A stretch of DNA of 64,000 bases from Camelus ferus (GCF_009834535.1 NC_045711.1:372001-436000), one strand, 5' to 3'; shown: positions 24,170 through 36,791, counted from the first letter of the stretch. Translations and numbers: made by a program. Notes: generated by a model from the letters alone, not told the origin.

Positions 24170-24620
24170 GCTGGCTTATATAATTATTAAGTTTTATGTA
24201 CAAGTAGTTTTATTTTCTATTTACACATAGCATAAGGATCTTTAAATCTTATTACATAGTCTCCATCGTCCCTATTTGTAAAAATAGTCACAGTGGCCAT
24301 ACTGTAGCGTGTGGGACGTAACAGATAGCACCTCACTCATCTTTTATGAACAAACCTGTTATTTTTCTGTTGAATTATTTCCTTGCAACCCATTCCCAGG
24401 TGTGGAATTACCACGTGAAAGGGGATGAACATTTTAGTAGCTCTGGAGCCGTACTGCCCAATTTCTTCCTTTAAAGGCCGTGCTAATTTCCCAGGCCCCT
24501 GGCAGTGTGTTTAAGCTGGTTTTACCACAGCCTCAAGAGCGTGAGATGGTATCATTTTGTTAATGTGTGCTAATTTAGTAAGTGTGGAGGCCGCTCTAAC
24601 GTGCATTTCCCTGACTGCAG
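24170..24620 (-). mobile_element. Old L1ME-type 3' fragment
   Basis: cccaggtgtggaattaccacgtgaaaggggatgaacatttt... typical reverse L1ME 3' segment. Confidence 0.5.
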
Positions 24621-25659
24621 CGAGGATGAGCGTGGTGCCGGTGCTGCTCTCCTCCCTGTAGTTCACCCTTGGCGATGGCCTGCCTGTTGCGTTGCAGCCC
24701 CTGTGTCACAGCCTGTCTCTCTCCCCGTCTCTGCCTCTCACTGACTGCGTGTCGTCCTCACTCTTTCTTCAAGCCTGTCTGTCTGTCTTGGTCTTTCAGC
24801 TTCTAAAACCTGTCTTTCTCTGGTTTCTAACCGGGCAGACACGTGGCTGGTTCATGGAGGTCCTGGAAGAGCCCTGACAAGCTGCCAGCTGGACCTGGAC
24901 ACTGGACACTGGCTTCTAAGGCCTCCTTCCCCAGTGAACTCATTCGGGGCCCTTCCTTGCAGCAGGGGCTCATCAGGAGCCCTTTCCATCTCTCCAGGTG
25001 TCCTCATCCCAGGAAATGGCTGGGAATGACCAGTCTGGGAATGACCTCCAACGGTGTGTTCCAGGCTCTCCATACTCAGGACAACTTGCCAGACAGACCT
25101 GCATGTCCTGGCAGTTGGCAGTGCGTGGTCTGACAGAGCCAATGAGTGGGGTCCCCAAAGTCCAGATGTGCAGCAGCAGACGGGCCCACAGCAGTGACAG
25201 CAGCTTGGCTTGTCTTCCTGCTCCAACAAGCCCCTTGGCTGAAGTGGCAGAAAGAGCTCACCTCTCGGATGGAAAACCCACTTGGCCCAGGTGAATAGGG
25301 AGCCCCCAGTACTCTGTAGTGTGGTAGGGACAGCGGGGGCTGGCACACTGCTCCACTTCAATGGCCATGAAGGTTCTTGGATGCTTGGGAAGATTTCAGA
25401 AGGGCAGCTGACCTCAAGGGAAGTCTTGTGAACCCCAGTGGTTGGCGAGTTGCTGACTCCAGGCGCTGGACCCGTCACTGCTTGCCACTGAGGCAGACGG
25501 GCCTTCAGAGTTTAGACCTTTACATTACCTCCCAGACTCCCTGGATGGTTCTAGCACGTGAGAGATTGTTAAAAGCCAGATGGGAACTCAAGACATCAAG
25601 TTCTGTCCTTTCATTTAATAGTTTTAACACTCAGCTCCTTTAAAAATGATTATTGTAGT

Positions 25660-25823
25660 GGGGAGGGTATAGCTCAAAGTGGCAGAGCACATGCTTAGCA
25701 TGCACAAGGTCCTGGGTTCAATCCCCAGCACCTCCTCTTAAAAAAAAAAAAAAGTAAATAAATAAATAAACCTGATTACTTCTTTCCCCCGACGCACACA
25801 CACGCACACACGCACAAGCAAAC
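25660..25823 (+). mobile_element. tRNA-derived SINE (camelid Vic-1-like) with TSD
   Basis: ggggagggtatagctcaaagtggcagagcacatgcttagcatgcacaaggtcctgggttcaatcccc, A-rich tail and (CA) extension; TSD aaaaatgattat(t/g)gta at 25642-25657 and 25824-25839. Confidence 0.9.
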
Positions 25824-25839
25824 AAAAATGATTATGGTA

Positions 25840-26360
25840 TAAGAAATGCATGCCCATTCTAAAATATTTAGAAAATATAGAAAATAAAGAAGAAAATACA
25901 CTACTATAGATTCACCAAAGGTAACTGCTGTTACATTTCCATCTCAGTGTTTTTTCTATGGTTGTATGTATTTTTATTATCACTGAGATCATATAGTATA
26001 TATAATTTGTATCTGTTTTATTCACTTTAAATTAGATTATAAGCATTTTCAACATAGTGAAATGTTCTTCATAAACACTTTTAGCGACTGCGTAGGAGTT
26101 TTGAGTGGACCCACCATAAATACTGTCACCCAAATGTTGGGCGTTTTTTAGTTGTTCAAGAATATAAAACCACACTGAAGTCAACATCTTTTAAATATAA
26201 ATCTTTGTCCATAATTTGAATTTTCCCTTAGATTAGATTCATAGTTACAGGGTATAAACATGTTCTTAGTCTGCTTTCCAGAAAGATTGAACTGATAACA
26301 CGCCTATCTCACCACACACAACTACACGAAGAAATAGCACTTTAAAAAAACATTTACTGA
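25840..26360 (-). mobile_element. Old L1ME-type 3' fragment
   Basis: AT-rich; cccttagattagattcatagttacagggtataaacatg. Confidence 0.5.
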
Positions 26361-27869
26361 TTTGAAAGGCAGTGAGACTATTGCTTCCTTTTAATAGGTA
26401 AACTGAGACTTGGTGAGAGAAAAGGATGTGCCTGGGGTCACTCTAGGAGAGTGTTGCCTCGTTCCATGCTCACACAGCCTATGATCACGGGAGAGCTAAG
26501 GCGCACGGATGACATAACCTGCCCAGACTCACATCAGCTCCTGAGTTGGGGAGCCTGAGTTTAATCCCCACGGTCAGAACCCAAGGTCTTTTACCTCTGT
26601 TCCATACTTCACCTCTCTTCTATAGCTGCTGTTTGTCCCCAGATAGGCTGCTAAAAGGTGGTCTGGGGTCAAGACCTGAACTCAGGGTTTGGATTTACTC
26701 TCTAGACAGTGGGGTGCCATTAACGGTTTCTTAAGCCTCAAGACTGTTTTACAAAGATGTTTCTGGTGGACTGGCTGGGGGGAGCCGGAGATAGGGCGGC
26801 CAGCTGGGGAGATGCGGCATACAGATAATGTGCACAGCCCCATGCGCACGTGTGCTTGCGGTTTGCAGGCCGTGGGCAGTCAGGAACATTAGGGGTCTGG
26901 GGAGGCCTCCTGCCATGCCCTTTTCCCTGGGCAAGAGCCATTTTTATCTGCTACACGTCAGGCAGAACATGTGCCAACTGCCAAAGACTCCACCTCAAAT
27001 CTAGCAAATAAGAGAGAGGACGGTATGGATTACGTTATATTTAAAACAAGCCCACACAATGCCTGTAATTTTTTATCCTGACACCATAATTATAGCTCAA
27101 GACCAGTCAGATCATAGTTATCCCCACACCGACCCGCTGTTGAGACACATTGAATTAAAGGCTTTGCTGCTCCTCCAGATTCTATTTTAGATGCCAAGCA
27201 CTGGCAGGTAACTGGCCTTTCACAAGGCCTGTCTTGGTGGAGCCCCTCCCAGGGCAGCCTGCACAAAGGCCAGGTCAGCACCAGGCTCTGGAAAAGACCA
27301 CCAATGCTTGGGATGCTTTGCCCAGCCTGAGCCTTGGGCCTGAGCCAGCGATCTGGGGAGCTGAGGAAGCATCATCCTTGGAGCAGACCAGCCTGCCTTG
27401 GTCAGCCTGATCTCAGAGCCTCTGCACTCTAGAAGATTCCTGGATGCTGCTGTCCCCAAGACCCTGACCAGGGTCCCAGGGTCAGACAGGCCAAGAGCTG
27501 GCTGTGGGGCACAGTTGTCCCAGAGAGGCTGGCATTGCCCAAAGGGGCCTAATTCAGAAAAGAGGAGAAAAAGAAAATCAGAGGCGTACAAGCCAGCCAG
27601 GCTTACAGAGACAGCCCCTACAACTAACCAGGCCTGGGTCAACGAAGGCCCCCGTCCTGGTGGACTGTGCCCCCTCTCCTGTCCTGGGATCCACCAAAGA
27701 ACACCACCTCTCAGCCCTACGAAGACGCCCCTGACAGAGCTAGAGTGGGGCTGGGTCCCTGCCCACAGACCTGGAGCCCCACTGCCCCTTCCTCCGCATG
27801 GCCCCCACACCCAGTCGGCCTCTGGGTAGTGCCGTGGGGGAGACAGACTAGCTCCCGTTTATCCATAAA

Positions 27870-28085
27870 CTGCAGGACTGGGCTCTGTTAGATGCCTTCA
27901 CATGTCCCATCCCATCTGTTCACGTCACCCCTGCCAAGTAGATGTGACTAGTGTTACCATAATTTCCCCTTTAGACGCAAGGAAATGGCGCTCAGAGAGG
28001 TAAAGTGTGGGGCTCCAGGCCACCCAGCTCATATGTGAAGAAGTGAGAACTGGAACCCAGTTGTCCAGACTCCTCCAGACCACAT
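27870..28085 (-). mobile_element. MIR
   Basis: aaatggcgctcagagaggtaaagtg...ggccacccagctc...ctggaacccag. Confidence 0.6.
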
Positions 28086-28236
28086 GGCTCAGCCACAGGC
28101 TGCTTGCCTGAAACCACCAGGCCTGCTCTCAGCTGCTGCTCAGTGGTCTCACGCCCCCAGGCAGCTCACTGAGTCCTTGGGCCTGAGAAAGCGCAGTCCC
28201 AGTTCCTGCCTCAGCACAGCCCTCCTGCTGCGCACG

Positions 28237-28261
28237 CCCCGCCCCCCCCCCCCCCCCCCCC
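28237..28261. repeat. Poly-C tract (20 consecutive C, 28242-28261)
   Basis: ccccgcccccccccccccccccccc. Confidence 0.9.
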
Positions 28262-31200
28262 GCATCGGCCAGCTCCCTGCGCAGACCCTTGCTCCCGTGT
28301 CCCCACGTAGAACGGAGGGGTCCTTCCTCTGGCCTTTGATACGTCTTGCACACACTTCATTTTTAACATTTAAGACATTCTTGTCCCCATTCACATGACT
28401 TCCCCTACTAGACCTCTCAGAGCAGAGCCTGTGTGCTGTCTCTCTGCTACTAGTTTAACACCCGGCACATAGTGGCTGCTTACTATTGTTGCAAGAAAAA
28501 AGGAGAGTCTGAAAAGCTATTCTTCCTTCAAAACTGCTTGGGATAGATCCTGAGAAGCCTTTCCTGATTCACACAGAGTGAGTGGACCCCGTCCACTCAT
28601 ATACAATCAGAGGAAGAACTGTTTACTTGGGTCCACCCTGGGGGCCAGGGACAGAACCTGGTTCTTCCCTGTGACCCCATCTCACAGCGCTGACCAGGCA
28701 TCCTTCAGGGGTTGGTAAGTGTAGAACTGAATTGCTCTTTGCTTCAGAGACCCAGATCAAGGGCCCCGTGACCTGAACCAGCTAGACGCCTCAGTCACCA
28801 GGCTGAAAACCACCAAGGACTGGCATGCCAGGGTTGTTTACTGAGGAAGGGAACACTGAAATAAATCCTAACTTTAAAAAAGAAATATATCCAATCAGTG
28901 TCCTATTTATATGAAAATCAGCTCTGTTTTTAGGTAACTGCCCTCCCGCCTCACCTCCCTGAGATGGGCCCTGCCCTCCCGCAGGTCCCCTCCACACCCT
29001 ACCCGGTAATCATGGCCCTACCTGTTCCCATCCCCTCTCCTATTTGCTCTCTGGGGTTTCCCTCGATTGCAGGGTGAGAGCTTCCAGACGCCCCAGCAGC
29101 CTGTCTCATGCCTGGCCCCAGACTCCCTCCCTCTCTCCCTGACCTGCCCTTCTAATCCAGGAGTCCAGGGGAGCAGGCCGGAGTCAGGGCCGATGGCCTG
29201 TGGGGTGGGGAGGGGCAGGGCAGGGAGTCGGTCTGTGACTGGGCGGCCCCTTAACTGAGCCAGAGCAGGGCAGATCCACAGCTCGGGGCATAGGAACCAG
29301 GCCCTGCTCCTGCCGGTCTCTGTCAGGTCAGCAGGACCCCACTCCCTAGTTCAGACAAAACTCAAAGTTTACATGGCTCAGTGAGGAGAACAGGACTTTG
29401 GAGTCAGGCTCTCAGTCCTGGTCCTGGCTCCACTGCGGCTGCCAGCATCTAGACAACTCTCTTACCTCCCATCCTCTCGCAGCCTGAGACCCCTCCCTGG
29501 CCAAACGGAGCCGCACCTGCTGCACTGGTCTGCTGAGGGCCACACTGTGAGGCAGCTGGGCCACGTATGAAACCCAGTAGGTCGAGAAATTCAGATTGGA
29601 GAGCAGCAGCTCCATGCATCCCATGTGCTCATCAAGCCCTGGTCCTGTGAGCCTCCTCCTCTGGTCCCCCTACTCACCCGCACCTCCTCCATCAGCTCCC
29701 TTGTTCCAGAGTCCCACAGGGGCCTTAGGGAGCACCCCACCCCCACCCCACTCTCTGGCAAGTTTCCAGCTCCTCATGGAGGGCCAATCGGGAGAGGGGT
29801 ACCAGGGGACCCTCAGTATCCTGACAGCTCCTTCCAGCCTCCAGCCAGGTTCTACGAAGAGGAAGCGGCAAGCCTGAGGTGGGGGCTGGAGCTGGGGCTC
29901 ACCGTCCTGGGAAACTTCTGAGCCTCCCTCACAGCTCAGCACTCAGGCAGGCACCCAGCTACCCACAGCTGCGGTTTCCAGAGAGCCAGGCCTTCCACCG
30001 CAGAGACAGTAAACTGAGAAGCACTGGAGCTATAAATGTGAAGTGGTGAACCACGGGACACTGCCGCAGCCCCACAGCGGGCAAGAGCCTGCCTCCCCTG
30101 CCTCCCCACCTCCCTGCAAGCTGTGGGTCCCCCCAGCCGCCCCCCACCCCAAGCCTCTGAAACAGCCCAGGCCTGCCCACCAGCCTCCCAGCTCTGGGCT
30201 CTGAGCAGGCTTGTTGCCCCACCTCCACCCCCAGGAGGTCCCAGGCACAGAGTAAGTCCCTGCTGGGGGCAAGGCAGGCAGGACGCCACACAGCACTTTG
30301 TAAGCCAACAGTCAGGGCCACTAGTCTCACCTCACAAGCACTGTCTTGTTTTATGTTGACTTACGCAAAAGGAGGGGGACCCATAATCTTTCTGGAGCTT
30401 ACTCTTAGTCGTGCCCGGGGTGGTGCCAGGTCACAGCTTCAGATCCATTTGGAGGCTACCTCCAGAAAAGTCAGGGTGACCTTGGGGTGGACCTGGGGCT
30501 CATGTGGTCATGACGGACATCCTCATAGGCACTGCTGAAAAGGAGAGCTGGGAGTGGCTGTGATGGCTGATGACACAAGAGCAGCCCCCTTCACCAAGTG
30601 CCCTGCCGTGTGCCCAGCCCAAAGCTCTCAGACCATGGAAGGGTTATTGTTTCACAGGTGAGGGACCACACCCAGGGAGGAGGTCCAGAGCTCAGCTGTG
30701 CCTCAGATCTCCTCACCGCTCCCACACTCAGGCCTGGGCAGGAGTGCAGTGCAAGGTGGGGAACCAGGGCCCATCGGGAGGAGTCTGGGGAAACAGAGCA
30801 AGGGAAGGGAGGCCCCTCTTTCTCTGTCCTCTCAAAGCCTGCCAAGGAAGGGCCTGTCCTCCCACATCCCTACTCTGCTGGACAGTCTGTTCCTAGCAAA
30901 GGCGCCTTACATTGGGCTAGGGAGCTGGCCGGGAAAGGTAAGGTCACCCTCAGTGTGTCTGCCACCTGCCCCACAGGGGAGCCTAGAGATGAGCCCTTGG
31001 TCTCTGGGGAGGCCCCATGCCGTAGGATTCTCTTGAGCAATGTTCCTTAGCTGCAGCCCCTTCAGGGAGGTGGACAAAGATGGATGCCTGGGAAGGGCCA
31101 TCAGCCAAGGCAGAGGTCCTCCCGGGAACCTGCGAGGAAGAGCTCTGGGCTGGGTGATGGAGAAGAGAGACAGTGAGGGGCCTCTAGACATGACCACAGC

Positions 31201-31490
31201 CCAAGGGTCGCCGATCAGGGAAGTCCCTGGGGCCTGGCAGCCCGTCCACATTCTGTGTGAGTCAGGTAGTTTAGTTTCCCAAGCCTGCTAATAGGAAAGA
31301 TAAAAAATAGACTGGGCAAATGCTTGCTGCAAAAGACATTTAGTATTGCTTATTTGTAAGAAACTTCAAAACTTTACAAGGGGTCATAAAAGAAAGGTTT
31401 AACATACGGAAAAGCACCATTTTGTTGTGTAGGATGGATCAATGTTGTAAAGATGTCATTTCTCATCTAACCTTGTCTACAAACCTATTC

Positions 31491-31526
31491 TGGCAGGTGA
31501 GAATTCTACCACTGAACCACCAATGC
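31491..31526 (-). pseudogene. Tailless retropseudogene: 5' half of tRNA-Gly(GCC)
   Basis: Minus strand GCATTGGTGGTTCAGTGGTAGAATTCTCACCTGCCA matches tRNA-Gly-GCC nt 1-36 with one CpG-type mismatch; 12-bp TSD tacaaacctatt at 31478-31489 and 31527-31538. Confidence 0.85.
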
Positions 31527-31538
31527 TACAAACCTATT

Positions 31539-32150
31539 TTGATTCATTCATTCATCCAACACTTATTGAGCACCTACTGTGTACCAGGCATGTTCTAGGC
31601 ACAGGGGATACAAGAGTGAACAGAACAGAGAAAAATCCCTGTCCTTGTGGGGCTTACATTCTTAAAGATGGGAGAGAGGCAGACAAACAAAAGAGAGAAC
31701 TAAAGAAGTAAATTATCTAGTATACTAGATGAAAAATGCAATTGAGGAAAATCAAGGACAATGTAGGGAGTGTAGGGCAGGTGAGGAGTTATTTAAAATA
31801 GGCTGAGTAGTAGTAGTAACATTTGAGCGGAGTTTAGGAAGGTGATGAGGCAGGAGTGTACTTTGCTTGCTCTAGGAGCAGCGAGGAGGCCCGTGTAGCT
31901 AGCTATCAGAGTGAGTCAGCGGTTCTCAGACATTTGGCAATGCCTGGAGACATTTTTCATTGCCACAACTGGGGGAGGGGGGTGCAGGGTTGCTGCTGGC
32001 ATCTGATGAATAGAAGCCAGGATGCTGCTGGACATCCTGCAGTGCACAGACAGCTTCCTGCAGCAAAGATTGATTTGGTCTGAAATGCCAATTGTGCTGA
32101 GGTCAAGAAACCCTGGAGAGCGAGGAGAGTTAGGGGGTGAGGTAGCTAGA
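31539..32150 (-). mobile_element. L2a 3' part, split by MER20
   Basis: ttcattcattcatccaacacttattgagcacctactgtgtaccaggcatgttctaggcac. Confidence 0.8.
31917..32115 (+). mobile_element. MER20 nested in L2
   Basis: cagcggttctc...catttggcaatgcctggagacatttt...ggatgctgctggacatcctgcagtgcacag...gaaaccctg. Confidence 0.85.
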
Positions 32151-33503
32151 GACATAACTACCAGCCAGATTTTTGGGGAACTAGAGCAGCTGATTCAGAA
32201 ATTCTTATGGAAAAATATTTGAGAATTGCTGGGGGCAGGAGGTGGAGAGGATTAAAAAGAAGGATAAACAGTAACTAGCTTTGCTAGATCTTAATATACA
32301 CTATGAAATGACTAATCTCCTTAATATATATAGAGTTCTTATAAGTGAATAAGAAAATATCTTTTTAAAAAACTCTTGAGAAATGGGGAAAAGACAGAGT
32401 TTACAAAAGAAAGATATACAAATGGATTATAAATATATGAAAAGTGCTCAAAATTACTTGGAATTTAAGGAAATGAGAATGAAAATCATGAGAGCATTTT
32501 GCAACTATCAGAGTAGCAAAGATTGAGAAGTTTGATTACACACGGAGTTGCTTAGGCTGTGGAAGAATATGGTCTCATGCACAGTTCTTCAGAATATATA
32601 TTGGCATAGCCTTTTTGAAAAGCAAATTGGCAATAGCTGTCTCAGATTTAAATACGTATACCTTTTCATCCATCATGCCATTCTAGGAGAGTATTCTCAC
32701 ATAGGTTTAACTAAATACAGATGTGTTTATTTCAATATTAGCAAAAGATTGGCAACCATCCAAATGCCCATCAACAGGGGACTTGTTTATTATGTGTTAT
32801 GCACTTACAATGGAATACTATGCAGCTTTTAAAAAGATTGTGGCTTACTCCTAGGCACATAGCCAAGAGAAATGAAAACATGGGTCCAAAAAAAGACTTG
32901 TGCGGAGAATTTTCTAACAGCTTTATTCAGAGAGCCCTCAACTGGAGCAACCCAAATGTCCATCAAAGGGGAATAAACAAATTGTGGCATATTCATACAG
33001 TGGAACACTACTTAACAACGATAAAAAGAATAAATGATTACACAAGAATGAATTTCAGAAACATTTTGTTAAGCAGAATAAATCAGACACAAGAGTGTGT
33101 ACTATATGATGCCATATACATGAATTTCAACAGGCAAAACCAGCTCATGGTCACAGAAATCAGAAGAGTGGTTGCCTCGAGAAGGTGCAGATTCCTGGGA
33201 AGGGCAAGAGAACCTTCAGAGGGTAAGGAGATGGAAATGGGGTGTTGCTTACATAGTATACACAGTTGTCTAAATCATTGAATTGTACACTTAAGGTCTG
33301 CAGTTCACTGAAATTAATTTCACTTCAATTTAAAAACAAAATTAACCATTAAATGGGGGGGAAAAAGTCAAACTTAGTATGTCCTGAAATAGAATGATCT
33401 CCCAATGAATTAAGGGAGAGGGGTAGAAACAAGGGCAGAAAATGTGCGTAGTATGCTCCCAGAGGTAATAAAATGCTAAATGTCTATTACATAAGTGTGT
33501 CTG

Positions 33504-33681
33504 CAGTCTGCCCTCTGTGTGCACAAGTTCCGCCTCTGTGGATTCAACCAACCGCCACGCGGGATCCGCAGATACTGAGGGCAGACCCTCCTAGGCCGTT
33601 TTATATAAGGGACTTGAGCATCCGCGGGTTTTGGTTCCGGAGAGGGTCCTGGAACCATCCCCTGCGTTACAGGACCAACTG
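33504..33681 (-). mobile_element. Short MER2/Tigger-like MITE
   Basis: cagtctgccctc ... ttttatataagggacttgagcatccgcgggttttggttcc ... ggaccaactg followed by TA. Confidence 0.75.
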
Positions 33682-34338
33682 TACCTGTAGCATTTCTAGA
33701 AGGGCACATAAGAAACTGTCGGACAGTGGTTGCCTTTCTGGTGGGGCATGGAGGCCTCAAGGTCTGAAGTGGAGGAACATGTCTCAATACTTTTTTGCAC
33801 GGTTGAGATTTCTTCCGCTGTGTTCATGGTAACTTTTTAGTTATAAAAACTGTTAAAATTTCTTGATTGGACAGCAGTGTTCTAAGACTGTAGTATTTCT
33901 CTACCCTTGATAGCGGGAGGCAGGGACATAAATGCTGCTCTGAGACTGCCAGCCATGGGCGGCCTGTATTTCTGAGGGTGGAAGTGTGAGTCTGCCCAGC
34001 ATAGCAGGGAACCGCCTGGAAGGCGTTCCTGGGGCAGGAACGTGAGAACCTGAATCAGGGAAGTAAACTGAATATCTATCTGAAATCAGGGACTTCCACC
34101 AGAAATGATAAGCTTTCTGTTGAAGAATGTAAAAACCCATCCAATGGTATGGGAGATTTATTTTGATGGATTTTTTTTTTTTTATGTTAAAAGAAGTTTC
34201 CTCGGGTTGGAGCACAAGGCTTTTAAAAGGATGTGGGAGTAGGGGAGAGAAGGCTAGATAGAGTAGGCTAGAAGAAGGAGTTCCTAGCTAAGAAGACTGC
34301 TGGGTGTAGTTTTTAACCAGACAATCCAGCATTTGGTC

Positions 34339-34344
34339 TTTATT
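34339..34344 (-). terminator. Candidate SLC13A5 polyadenylation signal
   Basis: AATAAA on minus about 2.45 kb after the stop; alternatives at 34157-34162 and 34835-34840; cannot choose without RNA data. Confidence 0.3.
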
Positions 34345-36791
34345 TCCACAAACAAGAACATGCCATCAAGGGTCCTACCTGAGAAAAATCTGTATTCATT
34401 TTGAGAATTGGACTCTGTGATAATGGGCTGACTCGCTGCTTGGAGTCCAGAGCAAACTACCCGTTATTTTTGTGTGTGAGAGATGGTGGGGAGGGGAAAA
34501 GGCCTTACCTGTCCCAGGGCATGCCCTGCTCACTGGCCCTGCCAGAGGAGGTGGCCCAGGTCTTTCCCTAAGGAGGTTCTCAGCTCAGAGGGACAGGAAA
34601 GGATCCCAACTGGTCAGCCTCCTCAACCTTGATATCCGCTCTCCCAAAACCCCACCCAGCTTTCTTGTCACCCCTCAACCAGATGGAGTCCCCCTGCCCT
34701 TCCATCAACCCCATCACTTCCTCCCCCATCAGTCTGGCCAGTCCCACTCAGCCTTCAATGCCCACTAGATGACCTTCACTGACCTTGCTCACTACCACCA
34801 GGCATGCATCTAATTGACCACACTGAACTAATCATTTATTTACCGATCACACTTGTGGTGGCCTGCTGTGGCTCAGCCATAGGGCCTGCACAGGACCAGA
34901 GGGCAGTGTGAGTCCCGGGGGCCCTCACAGTGTAGGGAGCACTGATAGAGGGGTGGCTCAGTTTTATCTTGTGGGGGAGCAGGGAGCCATTTTCATACTG
35001 CTCTCTCCAACCGAAGGCTTGGCTTCTGCAGGCAAAGACCAGCCTTGTCTGCTCCAGGACTGACTTGAGTCCATCTCAGAGGAGGCAGCAGAAGGGGGCT
35101 CTTGTTGATGATCCCTGAGCAGGCAGGGCCTTGGGGTGGATTTGCTCTTGGCCACCACCTTTCCCCACAGGCCCTACAAGGCCAAGGCCCTTAATAGCTA
35201 GAGGAAGCAGCAGCGGACATGGCAGTGGAAGATCTGGATTGGAACCCCAACTGCCACTAACTTGATGCGTGACTGTGGACATGACTTGGCCTGTCTTAGC
35301 CCCAGTATTAATGAAAGCCAGATGAGGTTAATAACGCCTGCCTATCTCACAGGCTACGGCAAAGGTCAAGTGATAACTAGCAGACAGACGCACCAGGGCC
35401 GGGGAGGCCTGGCACACAGGAGGTGAGCAGTGAGTGCTCTTCATCCACTCACCCCGCCCACCCCCGACAGCTCAGTGCACCTTCCATGGGAGACAGATGG
35501 GATGGTCAGGAGTCATCCCACCCAAGGAATAAGGTGGAACCAGGTGGTACGTGCTTGGTCCTTTGCAGGGGGGTGGGGGGCAGTCCCTTGGGTTCCCATA
35601 CCTTCTCCTGCTCTGAAAAATACCACCAATGGAGCAGCACAAGAGAAAAATTAAAATGAGTTGTGGGCAAGAGGGTGGGAGTCTCCCATGTATCTCTCAC
35701 AGGGGATCCGAGGGTTCCCAGCCACTCTGGAGTCTTTGCCCAGCAACTCCAGGTAGATTCACTCATGGACAGGGACTATCTGCTCCAGGACCACCAGGCA
35801 TTGCTTGTTCTCAATGCTGCTCTGTCACCACCAGTCTTGGCTGTTGGCAAGGGGAGCCTTTCCCCAGAGGAAACCAAACTCCAGCATGACAGACAAACTC
35901 TGAAGGAACCCTGCTCTTGGTAATTAACAAGTGTCCCCTCTGGACCTGCAGGTGAGGGAGCACCTGGACCCCCAATTGTGGCCCCAAAGGAGCCATCACT
36001 GCCTGTACTGGAGTGTGATCCCAGCCATCAGGGTTGGGGTGGGGGGCAGGAAAAGCATCTCCTGGAAGAGCCAAATTGACCTGCTGAGGAGAAAAAGGGT
36101 AGATTCCAACAAATGTCAGCAGGACAACAAAGGGGCCTAGGAACTGAAGGAGATGCCCCGCAGAGCTGCGAAGGAGGTCCAAACTGTCCGTTAAAGTGGA
36201 GCCGGTAGCCGTGGGGTGCTGCGGGTGGCGTGGCCCAGAAGTTATCGACTCAGATCCACCATACTCCTGCTGGTTCCCACTCTCACTGCAGCAGTGGGAA
36301 GCCGCCCAGGACCAGGCGTTCTGTCCCTGGGCTGGGTTGTCCTTTCCAAGTGACAGGGGTGATCTGAGGCAGCCCAGGGCAAGCTGGGAGAGGCATGGGC
36401 TCTGGAAGGTTGTTCTCTCACCTCTCAAACTAGGATCTGAGTCCTATTTACATGATGAGTGGACACCAGAGCCCAGCGTGGGGCTAGCTCAAGACTGAGT
36501 TGGGGAGGACCTTGCCCATCCCAGAGATGATGGCAGGACCCAGGAGAGATGGACACCAGCAGCCCCTTGGGAGGCACCCTTCACTTCCAAGACTACCCTC
36601 CAGGCACCTGTCCCCAGCTGTGACCCCAGGCGTGGAGGAAGATGTGGCCCATTGGCTGGGTCTCCATAGGGTGTGGTCATCATGGGATCACCATGGTGGT
36701 GGCCAAAGCTCTGCTGCAAGGTGTACTGGAAGTTTCGAGAGTTCTCAGGAGCATGGGGTCGTGGTCGTGGTCTTATGGCTCTTCCTAAGTC

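Larger units (their letters stand above)
31380..33330 (+). mobile_element. Fragmented old L1M (ORF2 end and 3' UTR) containing nested insertions
   Basis: aatgttgtaaagatgtcatttctc...(insertions)...gctgattcagaaattcttatgga; later caacccaaatgtccatcaaaggggaataaacaaattgtggcatattcatacagtggaa. Confidence 0.7.

Noticed and set aside
28579-28599. 9-bp perfect hairpin tgagtggac-ccc-gtccactca
   Set aside because: A stem of this length is expected a few times by chance in 64 kb
24852-31291. Many 60-210 aa ORFs in the intergenic region
   Set aside because: Mostly GTG/TTG starts, no consistent exon chain, no recognisable domains; lengths expected in GC-rich DNA
32799-33281. 160-aa ORF, and 62525-62863 ORF
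   Set aside because: Both lie in decayed L1 sequence; not host genes
16700-34000. Search for lipoxygenase (ALOX15-like) pseudogene exons, which I recall in the syntenic human interval
   Set aside because: No lipoxygenase-like translation recognised by eye; absence is not proven without a sensitive alignment
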